Source: Candidatus Hodarchaeota archaeon (GTDB lineage: Archaea > Asgardarchaeota > Heimdallarchaeia > Hodarchaeales > Hodarchaeaceae). Taken from it: 61,316 nt of DNA. Shown here piece by piece: positions 10,203 through 18,708 of the stretch; the stretch's first letter is position 1, and the number at the start of each line of letters is the position of its first letter. Made by a program: the position numbers and the translations under genes. The DNA lies in assembly GCA_016839785.1 (NCBI GenBank), contig JAEOTQ010000030.1, positions 1 to 61,316 of the forward strand, given 5' to 3'. The notes under the pieces are model-generated. The model was given only the letters and a program-made list of their open reading frames with translations, did not search any database and was not told the DNA's origin.

Positions 10203-11063
10203 ATGAGTCTACTAAACAAAAAAGATTATCTAACTAGAAATAACAATCCTGGTGTTCTTCTTTTTTTCATATTCACATTAGCTTGGGTATGGACAATCTG
10301 GATGGTACCAGTTTTGGTCACAAATTTCCTACTCCCATACTCAGCTTTACTCTTTCCAGCAGAGATTTATCTGATTATAGGCGCTTTGGCGCCTTCAGTG
10401 ATCGCATTATTGGTAATTAAATTTAAGCAGAAGGAGGAAGTTTTATCGATTTTCAGAAGTTCTTTGCATGTAAGATTTCCAACTAGATGGTGGGTACCTC
10501 TTCTATTGATTTTTCCATTAATCTACGCCTCTTCTTACGTGATTGTTTTTTTTATATTACCCTTTTATGTACCATCTACAATAATGTCTCAAAATACTTC
10601 ATTTCTTGATATGATACTATTTTCAACAATTCTTGCAATCGGCGGAGAATTTGGATGGAGACAATATGCATTAAATCAATTGCAAACAAGATTTGGTTCA
10701 CTTCATTCTAGCATAATAATTGGATGCTTTTGGAGTCTTTTTTACTTCCCACTTTATCTAATTGACGGCATTTTGTACCCATGGTGGTCATTTCCTTTTT
10801 TTCTTTTGCTTATTATTTCAGTTTCTATTTTGTTTACATGGATTTATCGTAACACGAAGTCGAGTCTAATAGCCGTATTTATTCTCAATTTAGAGTTTAA
10901 TATGTTCATTCAACTTCTATACGCCAATAATATTGTCGCATGTAGCTCCATGCCTGTATTTTACATTCCTTTGTGGCTCATTCCTATTGATTTTGGCCTA
11001 ATAATTGTAACATCTCTATCGTTCATTATGGCCATCATTATTATTATTACCCAAAAAACGTGA
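10203..11063 (+). CDS. Second CPBP-family membrane protein, possibly catalytically degenerate
   Basis: GGEFGWRQY matches the Glu/Arg motif. The positions that usually hold His in motifs 2 and 3 read FWSLFYFP and ILNLEFN. Confidence 0.65.
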   Translation: MSLLNKKDYLTRNNNPGVLLFFIFTLAWVWTIWMVPVLVTNFLLPYSALLFPAEIYLIIGALAPSVIALLVIKFKQKEEVLSIFRSSLHVRFPTRWWVPLLLIFPLIYASSYVIVFFILPFYVPSTIMSQNTSFLDMILFSTILAIGGEFGWRQYALNQLQTRFGSLHSSIIIGCFWSLFYFPLYLIDGILYPWWSFPFFLLLIISVSILFTWIYRNTKSSLIAVFILNLEFNMFIQLLYANNIVACSSMPVFYIPLWLIPIDFGLIIVTSLSFIMAIIIIITQKT

Positions 11064-11230
11064 GAGTCTACCATCACTAAATCCACTTTCTTCAAAAATT
11101 GAAAATTTTGTTTCACCATTTTTCACCTCTTGAATTGTACCTACTGAAACTCAGATTCCTGCTTCAGGAATGGGTTCACCTTTATTTGGATTTGACTTCT
11201 CGAATACAAGGAGATCGCCAAATTTTGTTC

Positions 11231-11280
11231 TATATACTCTGGTATATACTTTTTCTATCTAAACCAGCCTTTGACGATAC
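11231..11280 (+). repeat. Dispersed intergenic repeat, copy D
   Basis: Sequence tatatactctggtatatactttttctatctaaaccagcctttgacgatac. Confidence 0.8.
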
Positions 11281-11439
11281 TCCCTCACAAGGATATTGCC
11301 TTAGCTTATTAGATCAACTATTCTAGGTTCGCTATATATCAAGGTTGATATTTTATTAACAATCTCGTTAAAACCTTTTTTTAGTAGGATTTTAGATAAA
11401 TTTTACCATGACATAAACCAGGAAAGAGGAGAAACAGTA

Positions 11440-11829
11440 ATGACTAATATAAAAGATGTCCAATTTGTTAATTTACATCCTGAAACTGGATATACCCATT
11501 GTACATATGTTAAGGCTGGCAATTTCATTTTTACAAGTTATCATGCTGCAACATTAGATGAAGGGGGTAATCCACTTACAGATATCGAATCACAAACGGA
11601 AAATATTTTTAAAAACCTAAAAAAGACCCTTGAAGATGCAAATGCGTCTCTCGATGATATTATTAAAACCACAGTTTTAATAAAGAACAAAGAAGATTTC
11701 AAAAAGATGATCGGTATCTACAGGAACCAATTCAGAACTGATTTTCCAGCACGAACAACAATTATTTCTGATTTCTTGAGTGATCGTATTTTAATCCAAA
11801 TTGATGTTGTTGCCTATGTTAGCGACTAG
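11440..11829 (+). CDS. ridA: RidA/YjgF/L-PSP family protein
   Basis: 129 aa. The length and the motifs ...FPARTTIISDFL...IQIDVVAYV are typical of the family. Confidence 0.75.
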   Translation: MTNIKDVQFVNLHPETGYTHCTYVKAGNFIFTSYHAATLDEGGNPLTDIESQTENIFKNLKKTLEDANASLDDIIKTTVLIKNKEDFKKMIGIYRNQFRTDFPARTTIISDFLSDRILIQIDVVAYVSD

Positions 11830-11872
11830 AAGGATGGAACTATGGTCAAAATTTTTTGAATTTCATTTTTTG

Positions 11873-11933
11873 AATAGTATTTACTCCAGTATTTTTGCTT
11901 GAGATCTAAAACTGCCTTTTAAGGAGTTGAAAA
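11873..11933 (+). repeat. Dispersed intergenic repeat, copy E (degenerate)
   Basis: Sequence aatagtatttactccagtatttttgcttgagatctaaaactgccttttaaggagttg. Confidence 0.55.
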
Positions 11934-11945
11934 TCTTGAGAACTC

Positions 11946-11955
11946 TTTTATATAT
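11946..11955 (+). promoter_or_regulatory. TATA-box-like element (TTTTATATAT) about 25 nt upstream of the vapB ATG; suggests a leaderless transcript
   Basis: Position relative to the ATG at 11976. No SD-like motif lies between them. Confidence 0.4.
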
Positions 11956-11975
11956 GTTTAAACATACACATAAAC

Positions 11976-12194
11976 ATGGTATCGAAAACGATCACCGTTA
12001 AGGAAGCGGCTTATCAAGCATTAAAATCATTACAATTGGAAGGAGAATCTTTTTCAGACACAATATTACGCATTTCTGGCTTATTTGGAAATCTAAGAGA
12101 TTATTGGGGAGTTGGGACTAAATCTAAAAGTGAATATGAAGAAGAACTTGCTGAAATTGAACAGAGACGTCAGAATTTTTTCCAAGGACGATAA
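11976..12194 (+). CDS. vapB: VapB-type antitoxin (archaeal COG1753-like)
   Basis: 72 aa. MVSKTITVKEAAYQALKSL...SFSDTILRI is present. It sits immediately upstream of a PIN gene. Confidence 0.7.
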   Translation: MVSKTITVKEAAYQALKSLQLEGESFSDTILRISGLFGNLRDYWGVGTKSKSEYEEELAEIEQRRQNFFQGR

Positions 12195-12198
12195 AACC

Positions 12199-12594
12199 TT
12201 GAAATTCCTGGATACTTCATTTTTGATAGATGTAATAAGAAAACATGCTCCAGCTAAAATACTTTTAGATGATTTGGACAAAGAAGGTCCTCATATAAGC
12301 AATACAATTGTAGCTCATGAATTCTTAGTGGGAGCTTTTGGAGCAACAAACTCGGAAATGGAATTGAAAGCTCGGAATAACCTTTTAAGTAGGATTATTA
12401 TTCTCGACTTTGATCTAGCTGCTGCAAATCGATCTGCTTTAATAGAAGCAGATTTGAGAGCTAAAGGAGAGATGATAGGGGGAGCTGATATTCTCATTGC
12501 TGGTACAATGATTTCACGAGGAATTTCGACGATAGTAACTAAGAACACTCGTCATTTTGAGAAAATTCCTCACATCAATATCCAAACATGGTGA
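12199..12594 (+). CDS. vapC: VapC PIN-domain toxin
   Basis: It starts KFLDTSFLID (first acidic PIN residue), and later acidic residues are present. I prefer the TTG at 12199, just after the vapB stop. The ORF track begins at 12112, overlapping vapB. Confidence 0.75.
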   Translation: MKFLDTSFLIDVIRKHAPAKILLDDLDKEGPHISNTIVAHEFLVGAFGATNSEMELKARNNLLSRIIILDFDLAAANRSALIEADLRAKGEMIGGADILIAGTMISRGISTIVTKNTRHFEKIPHINIQTW

Positions 12595-12619
12595 TTTTAA
12601 TCCACCTTTCTCTTTCCAA

Positions 12620-12766
12620 GTGTAAATACCCTAGTATTTATTTTTCCTATCTAAACCAACCTTTTACGGAGTTCAGATAACTACTAAGTCATGAATATCT
12701 ACCCGAGTATATACTTGTGTAATCTAAACCAGTCATGGACGACAATCGTGTCAATTCATCGTTTAG
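12620..12766 (+). repeat. Dispersed intergenic repeat, copy F (two tandem units)
   Basis: Unit 1 is gtgtaaataccctagtatttatttttcctatctaaaccaaccttttacggagtt. Unit 2 is gaatatctacccgagtatatacttgtgtaatctaaaccagtcatggacgac... Confidence 0.8.
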
Positions 12767-13047
12767 CAATTTAATATTTTTAAATGGAATAAATCATTTC
12801 TTAAAAATGGTGTACTTGGATATTTTGAAATATAAGAACGGAATATTTATTGTTGAATATATTCTTAAATTTACTTAATGTCTTTTATTGAAATTTCTTT
12901 TTTCTGGTTCTCTTCAGAAAAACCTTGGAATAATCCTGAATTGAATAGTAGTAAACACTGAGGTGGTTCCATTCTTAGTGGAATAATCACAAATCTGAGA
13001 ATTTTGCAATTAGCTGATCTATTCAAACGCGGAATACTTAATTACTA

Positions 13048-13081
13048 TTGTCTTACAAATCAACCGTTTTGTCTTACAAAT
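13048..13081 (+). promoter_or_regulatory. Two direct copies of TTGTCTTACAAAT spaced 21 bp apart, upstream of cbiM (candidate NikR operator overlapping the promoter)
   Basis: Exact 13-mers lie at 13048-13060 and 13069-13081. Each contains a TTGT-n3-ACAA inverted half-site. Confidence 0.4.
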
Positions 13082-13113
13082 AAATATTCTTGTTTAAGAA
13101 AGGCGTAGAAGAA

Positions 13114-13797
13114 ATGCATATTCCTGACGGCTGGGTCGATCCTTTTTTCTTGATAATCACATGGATAGTAACAATTATCATCCTCATGATTAGTATTAGA
13201 AAAATGAAAGATATTGATGAAACTCGATTGACTTACATGGCAGTTCTTGCTGGAACTATTTTTGCTGCTCAAATGTTGAATTTTCCGATTTTTGGCGGCA
13301 CTTCTGGGCATCTTTTAGGAGGTGCTCTTGCTGCGTCAATTGTAGGTTCATGGGGTGGGTGTCTAGTCATCTCGGTGGTTTTAATCATACAGGCATTCCT
13401 TTTCGCTGATGGTGGAATAATTGCCCTTGGCGCCAACATTTTTAATATGGCTATTGTTGGAGTGTTTGTAGCGTATCTAATTTTACGTGTTTTTATGTTC
13501 AATTCTTCTCCTAAAGATCGATATCGATACTATGGAGGAGTATTCTTGGGATCATTTCTCTCTGTAATAATAGCTTCCGTTTTTGCAGCGATAGAAATAG
13601 GAATTCCAGTGATAAATAGTGTTTCACAGATACGTTTTGTAGACTCTTTCTTGATAATTTTATTCTATCACATTCTAATTGGCATTGGAGAGGGGATTAT
13701 CACCCTTATCATTGTAAATTATTTCAATTCTATTCAAATGAATATCTTTCTTGAGATTGATAATCCCTCATCTACTTACAATTTTTCCAAAAGGTAA
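13114..13797 (+). CDS. cbiM: ECF-type Ni/Co transporter substrate-capture component CbiM/NikM
   Basis: It has the canonical MHIPDG N-terminus and is polytopic. The ORF-track start at 13090 adds 8 residues. Confidence 0.85.
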   Translation: MHIPDGWVDPFFLIITWIVTIIILMISIRKMKDIDETRLTYMAVLAGTIFAAQMLNFPIFGGTSGHLLGGALAASIVGSWGGCLVISVVLIIQAFLFADGGIIALGANIFNMAIVGVFVAYLILRVFMFNSSPKDRYRYYGGVFLGSFLSVIIASVFAAIEIGIPVINSVSQIRFVDSFLIILFYHILIGIGEGIITLIIVNYFNSIQMNIFLEIDNPSSTYNFSKR

Positions 13798-13803
13798 TTC
13801 AAA

Positions 13804-14109
13804 ATGGAGAATCGTTCGAAAGTTTTGATTGGATCAATATTTATTGTCATTCTTATTCTTATTTTAAGTCCTTTTGCTGATCCTAATCCTGATGGTTTAG
13901 AAAGTGCTGCTGGTGAGGGACGCTCTGAAGGAAGTGCATTTGATTTAGGCTTCTTAACCGATTATGGATCTGAAGACTCCCTAATTTATCAATTGATCCA
14001 GAATGACATGATAGCAACCATTGTTTCCGGTTTAATTGGAGTAATTGTAGTTGTTTGCTTATTCAGTCTACCTCTTCTATTCTTACGAATAAAAAAGAGT
14101 AATTCTTAA
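13804..14109 (+). CDS. PDGLE-domain small membrane protein (CbiN/NikN-like)
   Basis: It carries the ADPNPDGLESAA motif and two TM helices. It lies between cbiM and cbiQ. Confidence 0.7.
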   Translation: MENRSKVLIGSIFIVILILILSPFADPNPDGLESAAGEGRSEGSAFDLGFLTDYGSEDSLIYQLIQNDMIATIVSGLIGVIVVVCLFSLPLLFLRIKKSNS

Positions 14110-14907
14110 ATGACCGATATACACCATCACTATAGTGCTCTACAGACTCAGAAGCAAGTATTAGATATTAGGAGTAAGCTTATCGGCTTAGTTCTTATTG
14201 TCCTTGGATGTTCCTTCCTTGTTGATTTCTCTCAAGTCTCTTGGTATACAATTCTTCTTCTCCTTCTCGTCCTCATTTTAAAGCCTCGAAAAACAATTTT
14301 AAAACAAATTGTTTTAACACTCCCTTTAATTATTTCACTATCGCTTATTTCATTTTTTTCTTTTGATCCGCCAACATATACCAATTTTTTGTTTGAAGCA
14401 ACACATAATAAAGTTTCATTTGCATTATTTACTGCCTTTCGTAGCATTGTAATAATATCCTACATCTTGGTAATCGTTAATTCTGAAGAGTCATTTTTCG
14501 AAATTATTTACGGATTGGATGATTTAAAACTTCCAGGGTTACTTACAAACTTGTTATTTTTAACCTATCGTTTTTTTAGTCTTATCCAAGAGGAATTTTC
14601 GCGAATTTTAGATGCTCGTTCGAATCGAATGTATAGTGAGAGTTCTATCATGCAATTAAGATCATTAAAACTTATCGGTAACATTTTAGGAGCCTCACTT
14701 GCTCGATCGTTTAAACGCGCTGAATACATTTCAGCTTCGTTGTCTGCAAGAGGTTTTTCAGGCACTAGTAAATTCTCTCATCCCGAAAAACCATGGACAC
14801 GAAGTGGTTTCTTATTTGTTATCTTTACAATAAATATCAGCATTTTTATTGGATTTTATGGGCAGAATTCACCTATTGATTTGCTTTTAGGATTGTTATT
14901 CCGATGA
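14110..14907 (+). CDS. cbiQ: ECF transporter T component CbiQ
   Basis: The protein is polytopic. Its position and 4-nt overlap with cbiO fit the operon, and it has the ARSNR/ARGF motifs. Confidence 0.75.
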   Translation: MTDIHHHYSALQTQKQVLDIRSKLIGLVLIVLGCSFLVDFSQVSWYTILLLLLVLILKPRKTILKQIVLTLPLIISLSLISFFSFDPPTYTNFLFEATHNKVSFALFTAFRSIVIISYILVIVNSEESFFEIIYGLDDLKLPGLLTNLLFLTYRFFSLIQEEFSRILDARSNRMYSESSIMQLRSLKLIGNILGASLARSFKRAEYISASLSARGFSGTSKFSHPEKPWTRSGFLFVIFTINISIFIGFYGQNSPIDLLLGLLFR

Positions 14908-15614
14908 AGTTGGATACTGAATACGCATTGAGTGTTCGCAATTTAAGTTATAAATATATGAAAAACCAGCCTGAGGTTTTGAGGAACATTTCTGTTAATT
15001 TTCCTCTTCATAAAATCACAGCTATTGTCGGGCCTAATGGATCAGGTAAGACTACTCTAATGAAGCATTTTAATGGCCTTTTTTTGGCTCAAAATGGTGA
15101 AATCTTTGTAAACGGCCAAGTTCTAATTAAGAAAACTCGTAAAACCATTCAAAAACAGATTGGTTTAGTTTTTCAGAATCCAGATGAACAGATTTTTTAT
15201 CCAAAAGTCTATGATGATGTATCATTTGGCCCAAGGAATATGAACTTGAGTAAAGCTGAAATCCATGAAAGAGTCGTTCAAGCTGGAAAATCAGCCCAGA
15301 TCTCACATTTAATGGATCGAATCACTTTCAATTTGTCCTTTGGAGAAAAAAAGAAAGTAGCTTTTGCTGGTATCTTAGCTATGCGACCTGATATACTTGT
15401 ATTAGATGAACCCACCATCGGTATAGATCCATGGTCGAAAGATCATTTTATTACTCTCATCAGATCTTTTAGCCCTGAAAAAACAGTGATAGTAATAACC
15501 CATGATTTTGAAATAATGAAATTTGTTGATTACATTATACTTATGAAAGAAGGCGAAGTAAAGGGTAAGTATACTGACTTTAACTCCTTTTTTCAAGAAG
15601 AATTTACTAGTTAA
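14904..15614 (+). CDS. cbiO: ECF transporter ATPase CbiO
   Basis: Walker A GPNGSGKTT, signature LSFGEKKKV and Walker B ILVLDEPT are all present. Confidence 0.9.
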   Translation: MKLDTEYALSVRNLSYKYMKNQPEVLRNISVNFPLHKITAIVGPNGSGKTTLMKHFNGLFLAQNGEIFVNGQVLIKKTRKTIQKQIGLVFQNPDEQIFYPKVYDDVSFGPRNMNLSKAEIHERVVQAGKSAQISHLMDRITFNLSFGEKKKVAFAGILAMRPDILVLDEPTIGIDPWSKDHFITLIRSFSPEKTVIVITHDFEIMKFVDYIILMKEGEVKGKYTDFNSFFQEEFTS

Positions 15615-15623
15615 GGTGATTTA

Positions 15624-16040
15624 ATGACTTTAAAAGAAATTCGTGAGACAGTTACTTTTTCTTGTAATCCACGATTCAAAAAATTACTTTCTACGAAGAA
15701 GACAGAATTCGGATATCAAACAAAATCTCAAATGATTAGGGATGCACTTCAGTTCTTTTTCGATTCAGAAAAGATGTTAGAGAGGGCTTCTGATACTGAT
15801 CTGATCGTGACGTTGATTTCAGTTAGTTACAATCATCATGATTCAACTACACTAGAAGAATATTTGCGTGTACAACATAAATCTAATGTAACCTTTTCTT
15901 CACATTTTCATCTACCCTCTGGTGACTGTATTGAAATTTTAATGATAAATGATCAGGCTAAAAATGTTAAAAAGCTAATTCAAGAGCTACGTAGTATTAA
16001 TGGTTTGAAAAATATATCTTTCAAATTAAACCATGACTAA
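15624..16040 (+). CDS. nikR: NikR-type nickel-responsive ribbon-helix-helix regulator
   Basis: The N-terminal RHH reads VTFSCNP...QMIRDALQFF. The C-terminal His/Cys metal site reads YNHHD...VQHK...HFHLPSGDCIE. Confidence 0.8.
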   Translation: MTLKEIRETVTFSCNPRFKKLLSTKKTEFGYQTKSQMIRDALQFFFDSEKMLERASDTDLIVTLISVSYNHHDSTTLEEYLRVQHKSNVTFSSHFHLPSGDCIEILMINDQAKNVKKLIQELRSINGLKNISFKLNHD

Positions 16041-16064
16041 TTTTGTCAAACAACTAGTTGAAAA

Positions 16065-16499
16065 CTAATTCTGGACAGGATGAGTCACACATCCGCTATC
16101 CGGCAGGTTAGCAACCAGAGACTGGTTGCTTTCCATTGGGACTACTTGGGAACCAGAGTGAAACCGTTGAAGAATATTACGGGCAGCATTGTAGTCGGCA
16201 TTCAGATGAACTCCACACTCCTGACAACAAAAAGAACCACGCGAACGCCGATTCTTCTTCGCTAGATGCCCACACTTACTACATTGCTGGGAGGTATACG
16301 CTTCATTGACTCGGAGTACGGTCATACCAACCAGTTTAGCCTTATATTCAAGCATTTGCACGAATTGGAGAAAGGGTAGCTGGACAAACGCTTGATTGGT
16401 ACGTTTTCCAAGATTACTGCGCTGTTTCCACCCCGTATTATACCCAAGAACGATCGTTTGAATTTTCTGCGTTAAACAATAATTGATAATTCGACGGTT
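16065..16499 (-). pseudogene. tnpB: 5'-truncated tnpB (IS200/IS605-family OrfB): C-terminal RuvC-II/zinc-ribbon/RuvC-III part only
   Basis: The frame is open from 16499 with no start. It reads ...IVLGYNTGWKQRSNLGKRTNQAF...EAYTSQQCSKCGH...CQECGVHLNADYNAARNI. It ends abruptly at the GGTATATACC of repeat copy G. Confidence 0.8.
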
Positions 16500-16557
16500 G
16501 GTATATACCCTAGTATATACTTTTCTAATCTAAACCAGCCTTTTACGACGTTGGGGA
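16500..16557 (+). repeat. Dispersed intergenic repeat, copy G (closest to consensus)
   Basis: Sequence ggtatataccctagtatatacttttctaatctaaaccagccttttacgacgttgggg. Confidence 0.85.
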
Positions 16558-16618
16558 ATCAAAACCTGTTCGGAAATATGCTCATTCACATCTAGATGGC
16601 GCTCTTCTATCGATTGAT

Positions 16619-17410
16619 TTATTTCAGGTTGCGTGCAAGTCCGAAAAAAACTGGGATAAATGAAAATAATTCGGCAGAATTATGTGATTCAAGCATTTGT
16701 TGTAGTTTTGCTAGTTTATGTTTATTTTTCTCTGGAAGGAAGTGCCCAAGCTTCTCCATTTCTAATTCGTATAATTCATTTACAATATCAGGGGAGAGTA
16801 CTGTTGACTGAAGTCCTATTTCAGCTTTCAATCCCACTTGGAAAAAGATACTTCTCAACTTTCGTCCAATGAAGGGGTCATGAGCTGATAAAGATCCTAG
16901 AAGGAGTTCTTCCCACAACTCACTTGCGGGGTAATCGAGGCGTCCTCCATAATCGGGTTCAGCTAAACAGGCTATCCACTTTCCAACACGTGTAACTCGT
17001 TTCATTTCTTTTAGAATAGTAAGAGGTTCTTTTACCCACATTAAAAAATAATGGCACAGAGTGATATCGAAACTATTCGATGGGAAGGGTAAGATCTCTC
17101 CCTTCCCATGAATGATATTTGGATAAAATGATTCTCCTCGAGAATAGTTTAATGCAATTGAATTCCAATCAATGCCCACTAAATTTGCTTTCGGATTTAT
17201 TGTCTGAATTTCCCTTAAAACTGCTCCTGTTCCTGAACCCACCTCAAGGATTTGTTTGGCATGAAATAAATTCATTTTACGATATAGTTGCTTTCTGGTT
17301 GAAACCGTCCATTCCATCTGCTCTTCATAGAGCTCATTGAAATAGCGAGCCTCTTCCTCCGTTTGAATTTGATCTTTCAAGGCTAGTCGTTTGCTTGACT
17401 TTCGGGACAT
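16619..17410 (-). CDS. Class I SAM-dependent methyltransferase
   Basis: ILEVGSGTGAVL is the motif I signature. It overlaps the upstream radical-SAM gene by 28 nt. Confidence 0.8.
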   Translation of the reverse strand: MSRKSSKRLALKDQIQTEEEARYFNELYEEQMEWTVSTRKQLYRKMNLFHAKQILEVGSGTGAVLREIQTINPKANLVGIDWNSIALNYSRGESFYPNIIHGKGEILPFPSNSFDITLCHYFLMWVKEPLTILKEMKRVTRVGKWIACLAEPDYGGRLDYPASELWEELLLGSLSAHDPFIGRKLRSIFFQVGLKAEIGLQSTVLSPDIVNELYELEMEKLGHFLPEKNKHKLAKLQQMLESHNSAELFSFIPVFFGLARNLK

Positions 17411-18708
17411 ATGTATTCCTCACGATAAAAACTCAGAGGACAGCCGCCACCACAAAGATCAAGTTGGTTACAATCCCTGCACTCATCAGGGGCGTTTGCA
17501 TGGGTGCGAAGATCTTTAGATATCGGATTATTCCATATGCTTTCCCAACTATCATGGAGGATATTACCTAATCCCTTGTAGTAGCTCTGACAGGGAATAA
17601 CTGTCCCATTTGGTTCTATTGCCATAGCTAAATGGGATGCAGAACATCGTTTCACACCCAAACCTAGGTTATTCGGATCGAGTTCGCAGTAACGAGTAGG
17701 GGTGTACCAAATGAACTGTAAATCATATGCATCTGCGGTATCTTGTATTGATTCAAGAATGGGGATCAATTCGCTCTCTGTGAATGCGATGTGTGAGACA
17801 TTTTCTCCTTTTCCTGCATATATTATTGAGTTACAGGCGAATTGTTCCACTTCAAGACTAGCTAAGAATTCTATAGTCTCTTCGATCTTGGGGGCATTCA
17901 ATCGTGTTAAAGTGGTATTCGTTAATGTATAAATAGATGTATCTATAGCATTTTTGATACCTGTCACAGTTTCAACCCACGCCTGATCATTTCCTACCAT
18001 CTGGTTGTGAATCCGCTCATCTACACTTTCAAAGGTGATCTGAATATGGTCTAGACCGTTATTTACTAGTCTATCCACATATTTATCATCTTGTAGATTT
18101 CTACCATTTGTTATAAGACCTGTAACAATTCCAATATTCTCTGCATGATCAATCATTTCAGGCAGATCAGAGCGTAACGTGGGTTCCCCACCCGTGAAGG
18201 TTATATGGGGGATGGAAATTTTCCAAAGTTTTTCTAGAATAGATTTCCATTGAGTAATATCTAATTCATTTGCATTTGGTGAATTCGGTTGATTGTAACA
18301 ATGTTCACATTTATTATTACAACGGTAAGTGATTGCTAAATCCATTCGTAAAGGAGCTGTCAAATTTAGCTCTGTTAGATTTGATTCTTCCATCTTTAAG
18401 GAATGGATTGGACAAATATCATCGGTAGTGGATAAGGTGTGAATCATTTCTTTCAGGGAGTGCAGATCTGTTGTAGCTTGCTGCTCATTGACGCGGTAAA
18501 GACTTCTTAGCTCCTTAATGATATCAGCGTCAGTATTACCTTTCAAAATTCTTTCCACAAAAAAAGTGGCTGTAGGATTGAGATTCAATATTCTTGAGGC
18601 ATTGATAATCAGGAGACTACTATCACCTTGTCTACGGAGGTGTAATCGGATTTCTCCATCATTTCCTTCTCGTAAATGTATAAGCTTTGCTTCTTCAGTA
18701 GATTTCAT
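17383..18708 (-). CDS. Radical SAM / SPASM-domain enzyme with PqqD-like (RRE-type) N-terminal domain
   Basis: It has CNNKCEHC (CX3CX2C). The C-terminal CSASH...PCQ and CRDCNQLDLCGGGC (CX2CX5CX3C) form the SPASM motif. The N-terminal ~90 aa read LLIINASRILNLNPTATFFVERILKGNTDADIIKELRSLY. Confidence 0.85.
   Translation of the reverse strand: MKSTEEAKLIHLREGNDGEIRLHLRRQGDSSLLIINASRILNLNPTATFFVERILKGNTDADIIKELRSLYRVNEQQATTDLHSLKEMIHTLSTTDDICPIHSLKMEESNLTELNLTAPLRMDLAITYRCNNKCEHCYNQPNSPNANELDITQWKSILEKLWKISIPHITFTGGEPTLRSDLPEMIDHAENIGIVTGLITNGRNLQDDKYVDRLVNNGLDHIQITFESVDERIHNQMVGNDQAWVETVTGIKNAIDTSIYTLTNTTLTRLNAPKIEETIEFLASLEVEQFACNSIIYAGKGENVSHIAFTESELIPILESIQDTADAYDLQFIWYTPTRYCELDPNNLGLGVKRCSASHLAMAIEPNGTVIPCQSYYKGLGNILHDSWESIWNNPISKDLRTHANAPDECRDCNQLDLCGGGCPLSFYREEYICPESQAND

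Noticed and set aside
11099-11326. 75-aa + strand ORF downstream of the second CPBP gene
   Set aside because: It runs straight through repeat copy D and has no motif. It is more likely non-coding intergenic DNA.
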